The notes: generated from the letters alone by a model not told the origin. Shown: positions 29,660 to 40,058, numbered from the stretch's first letter. The stretch: DNA of 64,000 nt from an uncultured bacterium (GCA_963827235.1 CAWHAE010000010.1:832001-896000); one strand, 5' to 3'. Translations and numbers: made by a program.

Positions 29660-31897
29660 TCAGCCCTCGATATTGCCGCGGGTCTCCACCTGGGGCCGCG
29701 CCGTGTCCTTCACGTCCCAGGTCGGGCGCCTGTTGCCCGTGAGATCGCAGTGCTCGACAGTGGCGCCGCTGTTGTCGGCCACGCTCACCGCGTTCCATCC
29801 ATTGCGGTTGATCCGGCACTGGGTGAGCACGGCATAGCTGGAGTAGCGCACGGAGACCCCGTGGTGGCCGTTCTCCACGATGTCGCACTCCTCGAACCGG
29901 CCCCGGCCCTGGTCGGCAATGCCGACCCCGCCGAAGCGCCCGCCGTGAATGAGGCACCGGCGGAACACAGGAACGGCGTGCGAGCTCACGCGTACCGGCA
30001 TCGTGCTGCCCACGATCTCGCATTCCTCGATCAGCGCTCGGGCGTGGTCGTACACGGCCAGAGCGCGCTCGATCGAGTTCTGCAGCAGGCAATGGCGCAG
30101 GATCGGATTCGTCTCTTTGCCGTGAATGGCCACGCAGGCCAGCGAGTCCGAGAACACCTGACAATCCTCGAGTAAGAGCCGGCCGTTAGGAATATTCACG
30201 CCGTAGTAGCGGTCACCGCTGGCTGGGGCATTTGCTCGAATGGTCAGGCCACGTATGATAGCCGCGTCGGCCTGCATCAAGACACAGGACGTGGTCGACG
30301 ACTGGATGACCACCTCCTCCAGCCCGCCGACACCGACTATCTCGACAGGACGATCGATCACGAGGCATTCCTCGTAGAGACCGGCGCGAATCTCGATGCG
30401 AGCCCCCACGGACGCGACATGGATTGCCTCCCCAATGCTGGTCACGTCGCCGTCGCCGTGCGGAGAGACTACGATGGGCGCTGCCGGCGCACCGGGACGC
30501 GGCTGCGCCTTGGCCTCGCGAGCGCGGACAGGGCGCCAGAACCTCCACCTACCGTCACTCGGCGGTTGCGAAAGCACAACGCTTCGCGCGTCGCTCCTGG
30601 GCGGCGTGGCACCGGACGAGCCCGGGCGGCGCGGAGCGGCGGGCTCCGCCGGCTCGGTGAGCCGCTCAAGCGAGGGCAACGACGATACATCGGCGCGAGC
30701 CAGGGGCACGCGGCGGCGAAGGTCCTGCGAGCCCTGCAGCCGGTCCGTCTCCTCGTCCTGGTCGACGACCTGCATGCGCACGGCGAGGGTCACCGCATCG
30801 TCTGCCAGCCGGTGCGCGGCGTCGGTAGGACCGAGCGCCACTATCCCGCCGGGCGTAGCGAGCGAAAGGCGCAGGGCGTTCGCCATGTCATCGGCGTTCG
30901 CATAGCGATCCTCCGCTTCAAACTGCGTCGCGGTGGCAATCACCTGCGAGAGCGCAGGCGGTAAGCCGGGGACCAATCCCTCGAGCGGCGGGAACAGGCT
31001 GCGCAAGGCGCGCTCGAGGTCCAGCCCGTTTCGCAGCGCCCGCCGGTACTCGACATCGGGCTGGCGTCCTGAGAGCAGAGAATGCATCATGGCGCCCAGA
31101 GCGTAGAGGTCGCTCCGCGCCTCCGCCCTCCCGAGCACCTGCTCGAAGGGAACGTATCCCCACGTCCCCACCGCGGTGCCGCCGACCGCCACGATCTGCC
31201 GCGCCAACCCGAAATCGATCAACACGGGGTGACCCTTCGAGGCATGGATCATGACGTTCGCGGGCTTCAGGTCACGAAAGACGAGCGGCGGCGTCCGGCT
31301 GTGCAGGTAGTCGAGCACGTCGCACAATCCGATACCCCAAGCCACTACCTGTTGCCTGGGCACCCGACCCTCATACTCATCCTGGATGTCGGCCAACGTC
31401 TTGCCGGGTATGTAGTCCATCGCCAGGTACATCGGGCCTGAGACGCGATGCGCCGTCCAGTAGCCGTGTATCGCCGGGATCCCCGGATGCTCCAGGGTCA
31501 AGAGCGCGCTGACCTCACGCTTGAACCAGTTTGTGGCATCGCGCTGCTCGTCTGCCGTCGAGAAGTCGCCCACCAGCAACTCCTTGATCGCCAGCAAGTG
31601 ATTCGGCTCGTCGATATCCTCCGCCAGATACACGCGCCCAAAGGCCCCTGTGCCAAGCACGCGAGCAACGCGGTAGCGACCGTTGAGGAGGGCGCCGGCA
31701 GGCAGCACGTCGTGCGGCTGCGGCACCACAGCCCGTCCTCGACCAGGGTCCGGAGCTGATGCTGGGTTCTCGCCCGACGCGGGCGGGAGTGGCGATGAGA
31801 TCATCTCGCTGGCAGGCAAGTCCAGACGCGCGCCGCATTCCGGGCAGCGCCGGCTCGTGAGCGGCGATGTCGTGCCGCAGACGGGGCAGACTCTCAT
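29660..31897 (-). CDS. Hanks-type Ser/Thr kinase with N-terminal zinc ribbon and C-terminal right-handed beta-helix
   Basis: CPVC/CPEC, GTGAFGRV, AIKE, RDLKPAN, DFG; PbH1-like repeats; AGGAGG RBS. Confidence 0.93.
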   Translation of the reverse strand: MRVCPVCGTTSPLTSRRCPECGARLDLPASEMISSPLPPASGENPASAPDPGRGRAVVPQPHDVLPAGALLNGRYRVARVLGTGAFGRVYLAEDIDEPNHLLAIKELLVGDFSTADEQRDATNWFKREVSALLTLEHPGIPAIHGYWTAHRVSGPMYLAMDYIPGKTLADIQDEYEGRVPRQQVVAWGIGLCDVLDYLHSRTPPLVFRDLKPANVMIHASKGHPVLIDFGLARQIVAVGGTAVGTWGYVPFEQVLGRAEARSDLYALGAMMHSLLSGRQPDVEYRRALRNGLDLERALRSLFPPLEGLVPGLPPALSQVIATATQFEAEDRYANADDMANALRLSLATPGGIVALGPTDAAHRLADDAVTLAVRMQVVDQDEETDRLQGSQDLRRRVPLARADVSSLPSLERLTEPAEPAAPRRPGSSGATPPRSDARSVVLSQPPSDGRWRFWRPVRAREAKAQPRPGAPAAPIVVSPHGDGDVTSIGEAIHVASVGARIEIRAGLYEECLVIDRPVEIVGVGGLEEVVIQSSTTSCVLMQADAAIIRGLTIRANAPASGDRYYGVNIPNGRLLLEDCQVFSDSLACVAIHGKETNPILRHCLLQNSIERALAVYDHARALIEECEIVGSTMPVRVSSHAVPVFRRCLIHGGRFGGVGIADQGRGRFEECDIVENGHHGVSVRYSSYAVLTQCRINRNGWNAVSVADNSGATVEHCDLTGNRRPTWDVKDTARPQVETRGNIEG

Positions 31898-32079
31898 CGA
31901 CGCACCTCCTGCCGACGCGCGGAGCCGACATCCCCGCGGAGCGAGCGGTGCCTGGCTCCGCTCAGGCCCCGTACGGTCGCTCGGTGCAACAACACCACAA
32001 CGCTACAACAACACAGTACCTTGCCGGCATGGTCTCACGCAATCCACAGAGAGGGGGGACCGGTATGGCGGGGACATCG

Positions 32080-32108
32080 TTGACCGGCGTGGTTAGTGAG
32101 CATACACT
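32080..32108 (+). promoter_or_regulatory. sigma70 promoter giving a leaderless TetR mRNA, with an overlapping imperfect palindrome
   Basis: TTGACC-N17-TACACT, GTG start 6 nt further on; GTTAGTG-N6-CACTTAC. Confidence 0.65.
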
Positions 32109-32114
32109 TACTGT

Positions 32115-32723
32115 GTGAGTACTCCGGCGCACAACCACAACAGTACGGCAGGGGCGCGGCGCGACGAGGTGATCGAAGCGGCGATCATCGAGTTCGCCGA
32201 GAAGGGCCTCTACGGTACCGCGACTGAAGACATCGCGAAGCGAGCAGGGATATCTCAGCCGTATATCTTCCGGCTCTTCGGCACCAAGAAGGACTTGTTC
32301 CTGGCCGCATCCGAACGTGTCTTCAACCGTATGAGGGATATATTCGTGGCCAGTGCGGCCACGGAGTCGGTGGAGGGCCCTGTGCTGCACCGCATGGGCC
32401 ATGGCTTCACCGCCCTGCTCGTCAACCGGGTCGAGCTCCTGATGATGCTCCAGGCCTTCGTGGGCACTGAGGACGCGGACGTGCGCGCCGTGATGCAGGA
32501 GCGCATGCTCCAGATGTACCGGCTCGTGCAGCAGCTGTCAGGCGCGCCGGAGCAAGACGTGCAGATGTTCATGGCCACAGGCATGCTGCTGGCAGTGCTT
32601 CGTGCCTGCGACCTCCCGCAAGCGCTGCACCTTCCCAATTGGGAAGCCGCGGCCCACATGACAGATCCGATCTACTGTCTACAGTGGCTGCCGCCGCAGG
32701 CTCAACAGGACTCCTCGAGGTAG
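32115..32723 (+). CDS. TetR-family transcriptional regulator
   Basis: FAEKGLYGTATEDIAKRAGISQPYIFRLFGTKKDLF. Confidence 0.95.
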   Translation: MSTPAHNHNSTAGARRDEVIEAAIIEFAEKGLYGTATEDIAKRAGISQPYIFRLFGTKKDLFLAASERVFNRMRDIFVASAATESVEGPVLHRMGHGFTALLVNRVELLMMLQAFVGTEDADVRAVMQERMLQMYRLVQQLSGAPEQDVQMFMATGMLLAVLRACDLPQALHLPNWEAAAHMTDPIYCLQWLPPQAQQDSSR

Positions 32724-33142
32724 ATGTCGCGATTCTGCAAGATCATCGCTCGCGCGGGGTCGTCGAGCCCGGTGAAGCCCAGCTTCCTGTACAGACCGTG
32801 CGCGTCTCTGGTCAGCAGCAACCAGGTGCGCAGCCCCTGCAGGTGGGGATGCCGCTTAAGGGAATCCACCATGGCGATGGCCAGACCGCGGCCCCTGTGA
32901 GCTTCGAGCACGAATACATCTGCCACATACGCGAAGGTGGCATAGTCGCTCACGGCCCGGGCAAAGCCGACCTGGCTTGCGCCGAGATAGGCGCCCACGC
33001 ACAGCGAATGGGCGACCGCCTTGTCGACTACCGAGCGCGGGATACCTCTCGACCAGTAGGCCCGGCTCAGGAAGCCGTGGATCACCTCCAGGTCCAGGCG
33101 CGCAGGATCGTCGCTCACCTCGTAGCTCTCATCGAGTCCCAC
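32702..33142 (-). CDS. GNAT-family N-acetyltransferase
   Basis: AYWSRG, GFARAVSD, DVFVLEAHRGRGL, TRDAHGLYRKLGF. Confidence 0.92.
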   Translation of the reverse strand: MGLDESYEVSDDPARLDLEVIHGFLSRAYWSRGIPRSVVDKAVAHSLCVGAYLGASQVGFARAVSDYATFAYVADVFVLEAHRGRGLAIAMVDSLKRHPHLQGLRTWLLLTRDAHGLYRKLGFTGLDDPARAMILQNRDIYLEESC

Positions 33143-33326
33143 CGGCGTCGCACCTTTCCGCAATACGTCGAACGACGGCCTCCCACCTGGGTCCGGCCAA
33201 CCGCCAACCGCCAAAAACCACAGTTTCCGCGACCGCTGTCGCCCCTACCCCATACCTGGCTCGCCGTGGCAGGCATCCCGGTCGCAGACCGGAATCCCAC
33301 CGCAACGACGGGTGGTCGGCCCACCG

Positions 33327-34949
33327 CTAGATCACGGGTCGAGCATCGAGCAGATCGTGCTCTGCCGGTACCGAATGCCCGCCGGCGAGCAACGGAGCCA
33401 GCCGGCGCACGGCAGCGTGAATCAAGTCGGGCGGCAGGGCCGAGTAGCTCAATCTGAAGTATCGCCCGCCCAAATTCGGCCCGGTTGTCGCCTGTGGAAA
33501 GAAGGCCTCCCCTGCCAAGACGGCGACGCCTGCCCGGCTCGCCTCCAGCGCGAAGGCGCGGCTCGACATGCCCTCTGGGAGCCGGCACCAGAGATAGAAT
33601 CCGCCATCGCTTCCCGATTCGGTCGTCACGCCGGGGAGGTCATGCACGCAGGCAAGCGCCACCCGGCGCCGCTCGTTGTAGGTCCGTCGCACCCGAACCA
33701 GGTGCTGCTCGAACGCGCCGCCAGCCATATAGCCCTCCATGGCGTATTGGGCGAGCATGCCAGTCTGCAGGTCGGCAAACTGTTTGGCCAAGGTCAGCCT
33801 GCCGATGTAGGCGCGAGGCGCCGCCACCCAGCCAAGCCGCAGCGCAGGTGCTACCGTCTTTGAGAATGTGCCCAAATACACCACGTAGCCGTGGCTGTCG
33901 AGCGACTTTAGCGGAGGCGGCCCGGTATCGTCTCGCCAGAGCTCACCGTAGGCATCGTCCTCGAGAATCGGCACGGCATAGCGGCGGGCCAGAGAGAGGA
34001 GATGCATCCGGCGATCGTGCGGCATCGTGGCGTTCGTGGGATTGTGCAGCGTCGGCTGCACGACGATGAGCCTGGTACGTCCTCGGGCCAGCACGGCTGC
34101 CGCATCCTCCACGCGCATGCCATGCCGATCGACGGGTACTCCGACCACGCGAGCCCCAGCCGCGGCAAAGGTCTGCAAGATACCCACGTACGTGGGCGCC
34201 TCGACGATCACCTCGTCGCCCGGCTCGACCAACGTCCGAGCAGCCAGCGAGAGACCCTGCGTCGCGCCGGAGAGCACGATCAGCTCGCCCGGGCCCACGC
34301 CCACCCCACGACCAGTCAGATGCGCTGCTATCCGAGCTCGGAGCGAGGCCAGCCCTTCTACCGGCCCGTACCCCAGGGCACTCCCCTGGGCGCGCTCGAG
34401 CACAGTATTGCAGGCTTCGCGCAGCGCGTCCGCCGGTATCAAGTCGGGACCCGGAGCCCCTGCCGCCATGCTGAGCAGGTCTCCACGCTCGTAGTTGTCT
34501 GAGATGTCGCGCAACAGACCCGGATCCGGGCCGAGATGGCCGTTCCCGAAGTCCGGCAGCGACAGAATCCAGCCGGGAAGGCGGTCGCCGGCCGTCTGAT
34601 CGGGCGGAAAGCGGGCGCCGCGGTCCCGCGCCGCCACCACCGTGCCACGGCCGGGGCGGGCCACGACCAGGCCTTCGTCGACCAGCTCCTGGTAGGCACG
34701 CATGATGGTAGTGCGATTGACTCCCAGGCTCGCGGCCAGATCTCTCTCCGGCTGCAGACGGTCCCCGCTGACCAGCGACCCCTCGAGAATGGCCGAGCGA
34801 ATACCGCTATGAATCTGGCGGAATAGAGGCGGTGCGCCTCCATCCCGCTCGAGCGTCAGGGCGAGCGGACCCGCCACCACGGGCCGGCGTGCGGACTGCA
34901 CCGAGCCACCGGCCAGCGCCTGCACACGACTACGCTGTGCCCGATCCAA
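33327..34949 (-). CDS. MocR/GntR-family PLP-dependent transcriptional regulator
   Basis: wHTH PERDLAASLGVNRTTI plus aminotransferase-like domain (HNPT, EDDAY, TFSKT..PALRLG). Confidence 0.95.
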   Translation of the reverse strand: MDRAQRSRVQALAGGSVQSARRPVVAGPLALTLERDGGAPPLFRQIHSGIRSAILEGSLVSGDRLQPERDLAASLGVNRTTIMRAYQELVDEGLVVARPGRGTVVAARDRGARFPPDQTAGDRLPGWILSLPDFGNGHLGPDPGLLRDISDNYERGDLLSMAAGAPGPDLIPADALREACNTVLERAQGSALGYGPVEGLASLRARIAAHLTGRGVGVGPGELIVLSGATQGLSLAARTLVEPGDEVIVEAPTYVGILQTFAAAGARVVGVPVDRHGMRVEDAAAVLARGRTRLIVVQPTLHNPTNATMPHDRRMHLLSLARRYAVPILEDDAYGELWRDDTGPPPLKSLDSHGYVVYLGTFSKTVAPALRLGWVAAPRAYIGRLTLAKQFADLQTGMLAQYAMEGYMAGGAFEQHLVRVRRTYNERRRVALACVHDLPGVTTESGSDGGFYLWCRLPEGMSSRAFALEASRAGVAVLAGEAFFPQATTGPNLGGRYFRLSYSALPPDLIHAAVRRLAPLLAGGHSVPAEHDLLDARPVI

Positions 34950-34951
34950 AG

Positions 34952-35740
34952 CTAGACCAGCTTTCCGTTCAGCACCGTGACCGCCCGGCCGCCGATCGCC
35001 ACCCTGTCCCCCCTGACCTCTACGGTCAGTTCACCGCCGCGGCGCGACGCCTGAAAGGCCTCCATGCGCGCCTTCCCGGTGCGGACCGCCCAGTATGGAG
35101 CGAGCGCGCAGTGCGCCGACCCCGTCACCGGATCTTCGTCGATTCCCACTCCAGGCGCGAAGTACCGGGATACGAAGTCGAGTCGCGGCTCCTCTGACGT
35201 GGCGGTGACTATCAGCCCGTGGTCAACGACCCGCCGGAGAATCGTCATGTCCGGGGTCAGCTCGCGCACCTCGCGGGCCGTGGCCAGCTCAACGAACAGG
35301 TCGTGATCCGCCACGCCCTGCCACGACGGTGATACGCCTATCGCCTGCCTTACCGCGGGCGGCAGATCGGCGGCTCGCGCGCTACGGGCGGGCATGTCCA
35401 GCCAGATCAGCCCGTCCGCCATCCGAGCACCCAGCTCGCCGCTCCTGGTGTGGAAGTGGATCGAACGGTCGCGCGGCACGATTGCTTCCTCCCAGAGCAC
35501 GTGCGCGCTGGCCAGTGTCGCGTGCCCGCACAGATCGACTTCCACTGCCGGAGTAAGCCATCGCAGGCGAAAGCAATCGTCTTCTGGCAACAGAAAGGCC
35601 GTCTCGGACAGGTTCATTTCCGCCGCGACCTCCTGCAACCAGCTATCCGGCATGGCGGCCTCGAGCAGGCAAACTGCCGCGGGGTTTCCCCGGAACGGCT
35701 TGGACGTGAATGCATCCACCTGAATCAACCGATGTGCCAT
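34952..35740 (-). CDS. PhzF-family isomerase/epimerase
   Basis: QVDAF...GNPAAV, NLSETAF, EVDLCGHATLA, EDPVTGSAH. Confidence 0.95.
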   Translation of the reverse strand: MAHRLIQVDAFTSKPFRGNPAAVCLLEAAMPDSWLQEVAAEMNLSETAFLLPEDDCFRLRWLTPAVEVDLCGHATLASAHVLWEEAIVPRDRSIHFHTRSGELGARMADGLIWLDMPARSARAADLPPAVRQAIGVSPSWQGVADHDLFVELATAREVRELTPDMTILRRVVDHGLIVTATSEEPRLDFVSRYFAPGVGIDEDPVTGSAHCALAPYWAVRTGKARMEAFQASRRGGELTVEVRGDRVAIGGRAVTVLNGKLV

Positions 35741-35753
35741 GTCAGTTGACTCC

Positions 35754-36989
35754 TCAGAGCGTGGCGACGCCGGCAAGCGCGCGATCACCGCCCGGCAGTC
35801 GCTCTCTCAGCAGTTCGCCCAGGCGACCGATGCCATCCTCGATCGCCGCCGGCTTCGGGTGGGAGAAATTGAGGCGCAGCGTGTTGGCGCCCGATCCATC
35901 GGTGAAGAACGCGTTGCCGGGCACGAACGCTACCTTGCGCGCTACCGCTTCCGTCAACAGCGCGGTGGCGTCGCTCTGCTCGGGCAGGGTCAGCCACGTG
36001 AACAATCCGCCCTCCGGATGCGTCCAGTGGCAACTTGTCGGGAAGCATCTGTCCATGGTGGCCAGCATAGTGTCCCGCCGCTCTCGATAGACGTCGCGGA
36101 GCGTGCTAACGTGGCCATCGATATCGTTATGCCGGCAATAGTCCAACAGTGCCCGCTGAGACAGGCTGTCGGTATGCAGATCGGCAGCTTGCTTTGCCAA
36201 AACCATCTGGCCAATTAGCGGCCGCGGCCCGATGACGTATCCCAGGCGCAGACCCGGCGCAAGCGTCTTGCTGAAGGTACCGAGGTACACTGCGTCGGCG
36301 CCGCCCCGTAGCGCCAGGAAAGGCGGCACAGACTGCCCGCTGTATCGCAGATCGCCGTACGGATCGTCTTCCACGATCGGCACGCCGTAGCGATTTGTTG
36401 CCTCGAGAAGCAGCTCGCGCCTCTCGAGCGACATCGTCACGCCTGAAGGATTCTGAAAGGTCGCCACCGTGTACACAAGCTGAATCCGGACGCCGGGGCG
36501 TGCAAGGATGACTTCCGCCTCGTTCGCCAGGATGCCGTGCTCGTCCATGGGAACCGGATAGAAGCGAGGCTCGCGCAGCATAAACGCCTGCAGTGCACCG
36601 ACATAGCTGGGCGACTCGATCATCACGCCCAAGCCCGGTCGCGCCAGCACCAGGCTCAGGAGCAGCAACGCCTGTTGCGAGCCCGTGGTGACCAGGACGT
36701 TCTCCGGCGCGACCATCATACCGCGCTGAACCGCTCGCTCGGCTAGAAACACTCTGAGTGGCTGGTATCCCTCGGTGGCGCCGTACTGCAGGGCATCCCG
36801 GCCGTCGTCTCTCAACACCCGGTCGAACGACTCACGAACAGCATCCAGTGGAAACAACTCCGGCGCCGGAAGGCCCCCGGCGAAGCTGATGATGTCCGGC
36901 CTGGCCGTGACCGCCAGCAGATCGCGAATGGCGGACCCGCGCAGCCGCTTCTCAGATCCTTCGAACAGTTGGTCCCACGAGAGTGCCAT
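35754..36989 (-). CDS. lysN: PLP-dependent aminotransferase, 2-aminoadipate transaminase-like
   Basis: SAIRDLL, ISFAGGLP, GSQQAL, FQNPSG, EDDPYG, FSKTLAPGLRLG, RLNFS. Confidence 0.8.
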   Translation of the reverse strand: MALSWDQLFEGSEKRLRGSAIRDLLAVTARPDIISFAGGLPAPELFPLDAVRESFDRVLRDDGRDALQYGATEGYQPLRVFLAERAVQRGMMVAPENVLVTTGSQQALLLLSLVLARPGLGVMIESPSYVGALQAFMLREPRFYPVPMDEHGILANEAEVILARPGVRIQLVYTVATFQNPSGVTMSLERRELLLEATNRYGVPIVEDDPYGDLRYSGQSVPPFLALRGGADAVYLGTFSKTLAPGLRLGYVIGPRPLIGQMVLAKQAADLHTDSLSQRALLDYCRHNDIDGHVSTLRDVYRERRDTMLATMDRCFPTSCHWTHPEGGLFTWLTLPEQSDATALLTEAVARKVAFVPGNAFFTDGSGANTLRLNFSHPKPAAIEDGIGRLGELLRERLPGGDRALAGVATL

Positions 36990-37034
36990 AACATTGCGCT
37001 CCATATTCACGCATGTGGCCGGGCATCTTCAACA

Positions 37035-37137
37035 TTTGGCTGACGAGCCAAACTCGCACCCATGGCTCTGTATCACCCATTCTACGCATCAGTACACCAT
37101 CTGCGAACAGCCAAACCAGCCAATCCATGTCAGCCAA
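37035..37137. promoter_or_regulatory. Putative MocR binding sites
   Basis: TTTGGCT-N4-AGCCAAA inverted repeat (37035-37052) and three CAGCCAA direct repeats (37108, 37117, 37131). Confidence 0.5.
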
Positions 37138-37229
37138 ATGAGGCTGGGAGTGGAATTGCGATTCGCAGAGAATCCCGCGGCGCCACGACACGGCGGCCGG
37201 CGAACAGGATTCGGCGGGCCGCTGCAGGG

Positions 37230-38375
37230 TCAGCGGCGAGGTTCTCGCTCTGGTTGTCGACGCGTCGTCTCTGTGCGGAGCTGGCCGCAAGCAGCGGCAA
37301 TGCGCGATCCCTTCGTGTCGCGGATCGTGACCGGAAGTCCATGTTCGGCCAGCCGGTCGCGGAAATCCAGGATCGCGGAGACCGACGACGGCTGAAAGGC
37401 AAGTCCGTCCACCCGATTCCAAGGGATGAGGTTGACGTGGCAGAGCAGCCCTCGCAAGAGATGAGCCAGCGCATCCGCGTTCTGCAGACTATCGTTGACT
37501 CCGGCCAGCATCGTGTACTCGAAGCTGAGCCGGCGGTGGGTAGCCGTCACGTAGTCGCGACAGGCGGGCATCAGCTCGGATAACGGGTAACGCCTGTTGA
37601 GCGGCACAAGCCGGCTGCGCAGCTCGTCGTCCGCGGCATGGAGTGATACCGCCAACCCGACCTGACTGCGTTGCGCAGACAACCGGCGGATGCCCGGCAC
37701 AACGCCGGAGGTCGAGATGGTGAAGTGTCGCGCCCCGAGACCGAATCCCGTCGCCTCGCTGAGCACCTCAATCGACGTCCAGACCGCATCGTAGTTGAGC
37801 AGGGGTTCGCCCATGCCCATGTACACGACATTCGTGACGCGCTCCTCGCGCTCCTGCAGCACACGAGCGAAATGGAGCACCTGCTCTACCATCTCCGACG
37901 CGGTAAGGTGACGAGTCCATCCCATCTGCCCGGTGGCACAGAAGGCGCACTTCAGCGGACAGCCGACCTGTGTGGACAAGCATACGGTGTGCCGGCGGCC
38001 ACCATCCTCGTCGACGTAGCCCATCAAGACACCCTCGATGAGCGCCCCGTCGTCGAGCCTGAACAGCGCCTTGCTGGTGCTGCTGCCGGGATCGGAGAGC
38101 TCACGATCTACCGAGATCTCCGCCATGGTCGCCGTCGCCGACAGTTCCGCTCTCAGGCTCGAAGGCAGGTCGGTCAGGTCGGCGAACGAACGCTCCAGCC
38201 GGCGGAAGAGACCGGCCTGGATCTGGTTGGCGCGGTATGCGGGCAGGCCGCGGCCCTTCACCCAAGCCCTGAGATCGGCCAGCGGCTTGCCCGCTAGAGG
38301 CTCACGAGAGCCCGGCGCCGGCACCAGCGCGGACGAGTTGGGCTGCGTGGTCGGTTGCGGAGCCGTCTCAGCCAT
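37230..38375 (-). CDS. rlmN: 23S rRNA (adenine-C2)-methyltransferase, radical SAM
   Basis: CLSTQVGCPLKCAFCATG, MGMGEP, SLHA, AACGQL. Confidence 0.96.
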   Translation of the reverse strand: MAETAPQPTTQPNSSALVPAPGSREPLAGKPLADLRAWVKGRGLPAYRANQIQAGLFRRLERSFADLTDLPSSLRAELSATATMAEISVDRELSDPGSSTSKALFRLDDGALIEGVLMGYVDEDGGRRHTVCLSTQVGCPLKCAFCATGQMGWTRHLTASEMVEQVLHFARVLQEREERVTNVVYMGMGEPLLNYDAVWTSIEVLSEATGFGLGARHFTISTSGVVPGIRRLSAQRSQVGLAVSLHAADDELRSRLVPLNRRYPLSELMPACRDYVTATHRRLSFEYTMLAGVNDSLQNADALAHLLRGLLCHVNLIPWNRVDGLAFQPSSVSAILDFRDRLAEHGLPVTIRDTKGSRIAAACGQLRTETTRRQPEREPRR

Positions 38376-38412
38376 CACGAATCGCCCAGACGCAGGGTGA
38401 ATTGCCTCGCCA

Positions 38413-38760
38413 TCAGCGCCTCGCCCAAACCGCGTTGACCGCGATGAGCATGACACAGACCACTACCAGGCCAGCCAGCCCCGCCGACGACACGGCAATG
38501 GCCACCAGCGGTACGCCGATGCCAATGGAGCCCAGGATGACCGGGATCTCATTACCCGCGATGCCGACTCTCCTACCCGCGGCCTGCTGCTTAAGTCGCC
38601 AGTCGACCTGCGCCTCAATGCTACTCTGCATGCCAACCAGGATCTGCTGCGCCAGGTCGTGAGCCGAGACGCCCTCGATCGTTGCCTGCGGATACGCGGC
38701 ACGCATCGAGCCACCACTTTCATCGGCGGGCTGCGGTTCCACGACCGAATACTCGCTCAC
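38413..38760 (-). CDS. Small membrane protein with a C-terminal two-TM hairpin
   Basis: GAGGAGG RBS before GTG; hydrophobic C-terminus. Confidence 0.7.
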   Translation of the reverse strand: MSEYSVVEPQPADESGGSMRAAYPQATIEGVSAHDLAQQILVGMQSSIEAQVDWRLKQQAAGRRVGIAGNEIPVILGSIGIGVPLVAIAVSSAGLAGLVVVCVMLIAVNAVWARR

Positions 38761-39083
38761 TGCACCGCCTCCTCTGCGCAGGCGCCAGTCAAGCTGCCGC
38801 CGTCCGCGTGCCGAGGCACCGGGACCGACCCGCCTCGGCTCTGCACTCCGACTGCCACGTCTCTGATGAGAACCGCCTCTCCGGGGTTGAGCGCCCGGCC
38901 CGAGCGGCACGACACCACGTCACGACGCCTCCACCATGGTAGCAGACCACCGGATCGGGCCTTGTGTCTGCAACAGGCACGCCATGGTAAGCTGAGTCGC
39001 GGATGCCAAGCCCGCGAGCAACGACCGCGTGTGCCGGAGCTGAGGCGAGAACAGCGGTCGATACGGCCAATGGGAGTGGGTGG

Positions 39084-40058
39084 GTGAGCAACGAGGCCAT
39101 TGTTGCGCTGGCCGGCGGAGTAGGCGGGGCCAAGCTCGCCGACGGCCTCTGCGCGGAGCTACCGAGCGGGGCGCTGACCGTGATCGTTAACACGGCGGAC
39201 GACTTTGTGATTCACGGCCTGCATGTGTCGCCGGACCTCGATACCGTGATGTATACCCTGGCCGGCCTTGCCAATCCGGCCACCGGGTGGGGCATCGTCG
39301 CCGACACGTTTGACGGTCTGGACATGCTCGGGCGGTACGGTGCACCCGACTGGTTTCAGCTTGGAGACCGCGATATCGCGACGCATATCCTGCGCACGGC
39401 GGCCTTGCGCAGCGGCGAGACGCTGACGCAGGTCACCCGGAGCTTGGCGAGCGCTCTGGGGATACAGGCCGCCCTACTGCCGATGTGCGACGAGCTGGTA
39501 CAGACTGTCATCGTCGCGGACGAGGGTGAATTCGCCTTTCAGGAGTACTTCGTGAAGCGCCGAGCCCAAGATCACGTGCGCTCCGTTCGTCTGCAAGGTA
39601 TCAAGGCCGCTACGTTGAGCGGCGGTGTTCAAACGGCGATCGAGCGGTGCAGCGCCGTCGTGCTTTGCCCGTCGAATCCGTTCGTCAGTATCGCGCCTAT
39701 CCTGAGCGTGCCAGGCCTGAGGGAGAGCATCGTTCAGAGGCGGGTACCAATAGTGGCGGTGAGTCCGATAGTCGCCGGGCGGGCTCTGAAGGGCCCTGCC
39801 GCCGCGATGCTGGAAAGCCTCGGTATGGATGTGAGCGTAGCAGGAGTTGCCGGTGTCTACGCGGACCTGGGCATCACCCTGCTGATCGACGAGATCGATC
39901 AGGACTACGCGGCCGCGATCGCAGAGCGCGGAGTGCGCCCGGCCGTGGCTCCGATTGTCATGCACACGGTGGAGGATCGCCGATCGCTGGCCAGAAGAGT
40001 GATCGCTCTTGCAGGCAAGCTAGCCGTGGAAGGGCGCACCCCGGGAGCCGGCCGGTGA
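39084..40058 (+). CDS. cofD: 2-phospho-L-lactate transferase (F420 biosynthesis)
   Basis: LAGGVGGAK, VNTADD, SPDLDTVMY, LGDRD, FQEYFV, PSNP. Confidence 0.96.
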   Translation: MSNEAIVALAGGVGGAKLADGLCAELPSGALTVIVNTADDFVIHGLHVSPDLDTVMYTLAGLANPATGWGIVADTFDGLDMLGRYGAPDWFQLGDRDIATHILRTAALRSGETLTQVTRSLASALGIQAALLPMCDELVQTVIVADEGEFAFQEYFVKRRAQDHVRSVRLQGIKAATLSGGVQTAIERCSAVVLCPSNPFVSIAPILSVPGLRESIVQRRVPIVAVSPIVAGRALKGPAAAMLESLGMDVSVAGVAGVYADLGITLLIDEIDQDYAAAIAERGVRPAVAPIVMHTVEDRRSLARRVIALAGKLAVEGRTPGAGR

